From: Sphyrna mokarran
Lineage: Eukaryota
DNA length: 64,000 bases
Assembly (NCBI GenBank): GCA_024679065.1
Contig: JAGIQG010000036.1
Location: 12,586,001-12,650,000 of the forward strand
Reading direction: 5' to 3'
Of this stretch, positions 61,030-64,000 are shown one piece after another. The notes below the pieces were generated by a model that had not been told where the DNA came from, did no database searches, and worked only from the letters and a program-made list of their open reading frames with translations. Position numbers and translations under genes: made by a program. The first letter of the stretch is position 1. Each line of letters opens with the position of its first letter.

Positions 61030-62760
61030 GTATTGAGCAAACTGCTGGGCCTATAACCCTTGGCCTGGATGGACTTCACTCTAAAGTCTTGAAAGAAATG
61101 GTGACTGAGATGGCTGTTACATTGGTTTAAATTTTCCAAAGTTCCCTGGATTCGGAGAAAGTTCAATTAGAATGGAAGATGGCGAATGCAACCTTTGTTC
61201 GAAAGGGAGGGAGAAAGAAATCATAAAACTATAGACTTTATCAGTGTTACGAGTAAGCTTACATTAACACTGAAATGAAATTACTGTGAAAATCCCTAGT
61301 CGCCACATTCCGGCGCCTGTTCGGGTATACTGAGGGAGAATTTACCATGGCCAATGCACATTGTAGCAAATCGTTTGGAGTGCAGGAGGAACAGGAACAC
61401 CCTGAGGAAGCACACACAGACACGGACACAACGTATAAACTCTGCACAGAAGTACCCAAGACGGGAATCAAACCCAAGTTCCAGAAGCTGTGAGGCAGTA
61501 GTGCTAATCCCTGGGCCACCGTGCCACCTAGAGACGAGTTGGCTCAATGTCTGTCACAGGAAAAATGTTAGAAGTCGTTCTTAGGGCAAAGTACTTGGAC
61601 GCCATCATTTAAACAAGCAGAGCCTGTATGTTTTTGTGAAAGGGAACAATTTATTGGAGTTTTTTGAAGCATCCCATGTGTGGTGTTGATAAAGGGGAAG
61701 AGTGTGGAGGTACTACATTTAGATAAAGTGCCTCAAATGCGTAAAATAAAAACAAATGGTGCAGATGGTGGCATTTTGGCATGGATTTATGATTGGTTAC
61801 CTAACAAGAAACAGAGCTGGCAGTATTTGTTTTTTTTATATATATATGTTTGGCAAGATGACATGTGGTGTGTCTCAGGAATCAGTTTTCCAGTCGCAAC
61901 TTTTTACAATTGGTATAAATGACTTTGATAAAGAGACCAGTGGTATGGTTGCTAAATTTGCCAATAACACAAAGCTAGGTAGGAAAGTAAATTATGAAGA
62001 GGACGTTAAAATGCTACAAAGGAGATAGATACATTAGGTGAATGGGCATTAGAACATTTTGTCTAAATGACGAGAGATTGCAGAGTCCTGAGGTGCAGAT
62101 AGGACCCCGCGCATGAATTACCAAAGGTTAGCACAAAGATACAGGGAGCGATTATAAAAGTTAAAAGGTTGTATCAATTAATCTGAGGGGAATTGCTCAC
62201 AAAATGAGGCGATTAATTGTACAAGGCACTAGTCAGATCATATCTGGGGCATTGGGTATAGTATTGGACTTCTTCTGTAAGGAAAGGTGTAAATGCGTTA
62301 GAAAGAATTCAGAGACTAACACCAGGAATGGCTGTGTTGACTTATGGGGAAAATTTGACGAGGTTGGATTTGCAGCAACTGGCGTTCAGAAGATTAAGAA
62401 GTGACTTGAACAAAACCTTTAAAACCCTGAAGCATTTTGACAGAGTTGGTGCAAAGAGGATGTCTCACCTAGTGGGAGAATTTGGAACTGGGGTCACTCA
62501 TTTAAGACAGAAGAATAGTATCTTTCACTTAGAGGGTAAAGAGTTTCTGGAAATCGCTTCCTCAAAAGGCAATGGAAGCAGAGTCGTTGAATACTTTAGT
62601 GCTGATCTATATAGATTATTGATTAACAAGAGAGTGAATTGTTATTAGTGCAGGTAAGAATGTGGGATTGAAATTACAATTAGGTCATCCATGATCTTAT
62701 TGGATGGTAGAGCAGATTCTAAGTCCGTGTGGCCTATTTCTGCATTTAATTTGTATGTAT
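61030..62760 (+). mobile_element. Degenerate CR1 LINE interrupted by an HE1-like SINE (61250-61528, minus)
   Basis: ggcctggatggacttcac (GPDGLH-like) and FTIGINDFDKETSGMVAKFANNTKLG; the SINE is inserted next to the NYRP-like motif. Confidence 0.82.
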
Positions 62761-63809
62761 ATTGCGCCCTTGACAAAGCATACAGACTGTATGAGATAGT
62801 TCCAAGATGCTAAGGAAATTTTACATATTCAAATTTCAGAGATACTGACTATATTCTTTTAGTTCTCTTTAGACTCAACGTGGTGCCAGAAGACAGAAAA
62901 TATCTATCCAACATGTCGTGAAAATGTACAAGCATAATCATATGGATTTGGTTGTGCTAAATAATACATGGAATTAACAATAGAACAAAATGGAAAAAGT
63001 TGGAAGGGGAATGACATAAGAAGAATGTCCAGTTCTTTCAAGATGTCGGGCACGGGATCAATGGGCTGAATAGTCCTCGGTGATCCCATAATCTGTTATG
63101 CCACGTTAAATGGCCCCGTGTTTCAAAACAGAGCCAAGCTAAATTATACATTGTGCTGAACTCTTGGATGCTTTGCAAATTCTTCAAAAGACACATAGAT
63201 TGCTGAAGAAGCTGGGTAACAGTTTTCAACAAAAGTTTAAAGGGCTGACAGGTGTCAGTTGTGTAACCAGATTGTATCTGAATAGATGTCGCCATTTTGC
63301 ACACTGAATCATCCTTGACATTTTTAAGGTGTGGCGATGGGGGTGGCCTGGGTGGGGTTGGGGTGGGGGGAGCTGCGGAGGGGTGTGGTGAAAATAAGGG
63401 GAAATTTGAAAGAGATTCCGGAGATCATGAAACGCTTTGATAATGTAAGTAATGACTGTGCAGAAGCTGATAGGATTGCCGTTAGGCATGGAACATTGAC
63501 TTAAGGTAAATGGCAAAAGGAAAACGGAAAGAGAGTATGGGAATATCGGAGCAGAAGTAGGCCATTCCTGTCCTCGAGTCCGCCTTCCCATTCAACTATT
63601 TAATGACCGTCCTTCTTCGGACCATTTTCCCCGGACTATATCCATATCACATGATCAGTAGAGGAGTAAATGACTAGTGAGCCAATTGTTTCATCTGGAG
63701 TAGCACTGGAGTAAGGACAGCGACAACAAATTCGTCCGTAATTTTTAAAATATACCTGGAAAACATATGAAGCTAATTTCTTTGTATGGTTTGCAACGAG
63801 GTCAGGGAA

Positions 63810-64000
63810 GGAATGGTAGCACCCTGGTTAGCATTGCTGCCTTATAGCGTCCGATTCCCGGCTTCGGTCACCGTTTTGGCTGAGTTCATACGCTCTCCCC
63901 GTGTCTGCTTGGGTATCCTCAGAGTGCTCCGGTTTCCTCTCAGAGGCCGAAAGGCGTACTGGTTATTGCATCGGTCGTGCTAATTTTTCCCTCAGTGCTC
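63810..64000 (+). mobile_element. HE1-like SINE (runs off the window)
   Basis: ggtagcaccctggttagcattgctgcc..cgattcccggcttcggtcac..ctctccccgtgtctgc. Confidence 0.75.

Overview
Eukaryotic genomic DNA, almost certainly from a cartilaginous fish (shark), judged by its CR1 LINE and tRNA-derived SINE content. The window is part of the germline V-segment array of a T-cell receptor locus, most likely TCR beta (TRB). I find 12 V units. Each has the form leader exon, phase-1 intron, V exon, then a 23-bp-spacer recombination signal sequence (RSS); the V7 relic has no traceable leader and a 22-bp spacer. Nine units at 0-29 kb belong to one tandemly expanded '...NHSA(V/M)YYCAWS' family: four look functional, one is an atypical ORF, three are pseudogenes and one is a decayed relic. 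Three divergent singletons follow (CAVK at 36.4 kb, CASS at 44.1 kb, and CAAS at 55.9-56.5 kb, which is inverted). I saw no D, J or C segments. Intergenic DNA is mostly CR1 fragments (one young 5'-truncated copy keeps an open RT frame), two SINE families, a Penelope-like inverted hairpin and a tRNA-Asp pseudogene. The most interesting non-coding signals are same-orientation CTCF-consensus motifs about 0.9-1.1 kb behind V RSSs, a mammalian-type Vbeta promoter decamer, a conserved ETS/E-box-like block behind the nonamer, and a ~210-bp inverted repeat in the zone where V polarity flips. I see no evidence for a wholly new biological system; the novelty lies in locus architecture and cis-regulation. 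All alignments were done by eye, and repeat boundaries are approximate.
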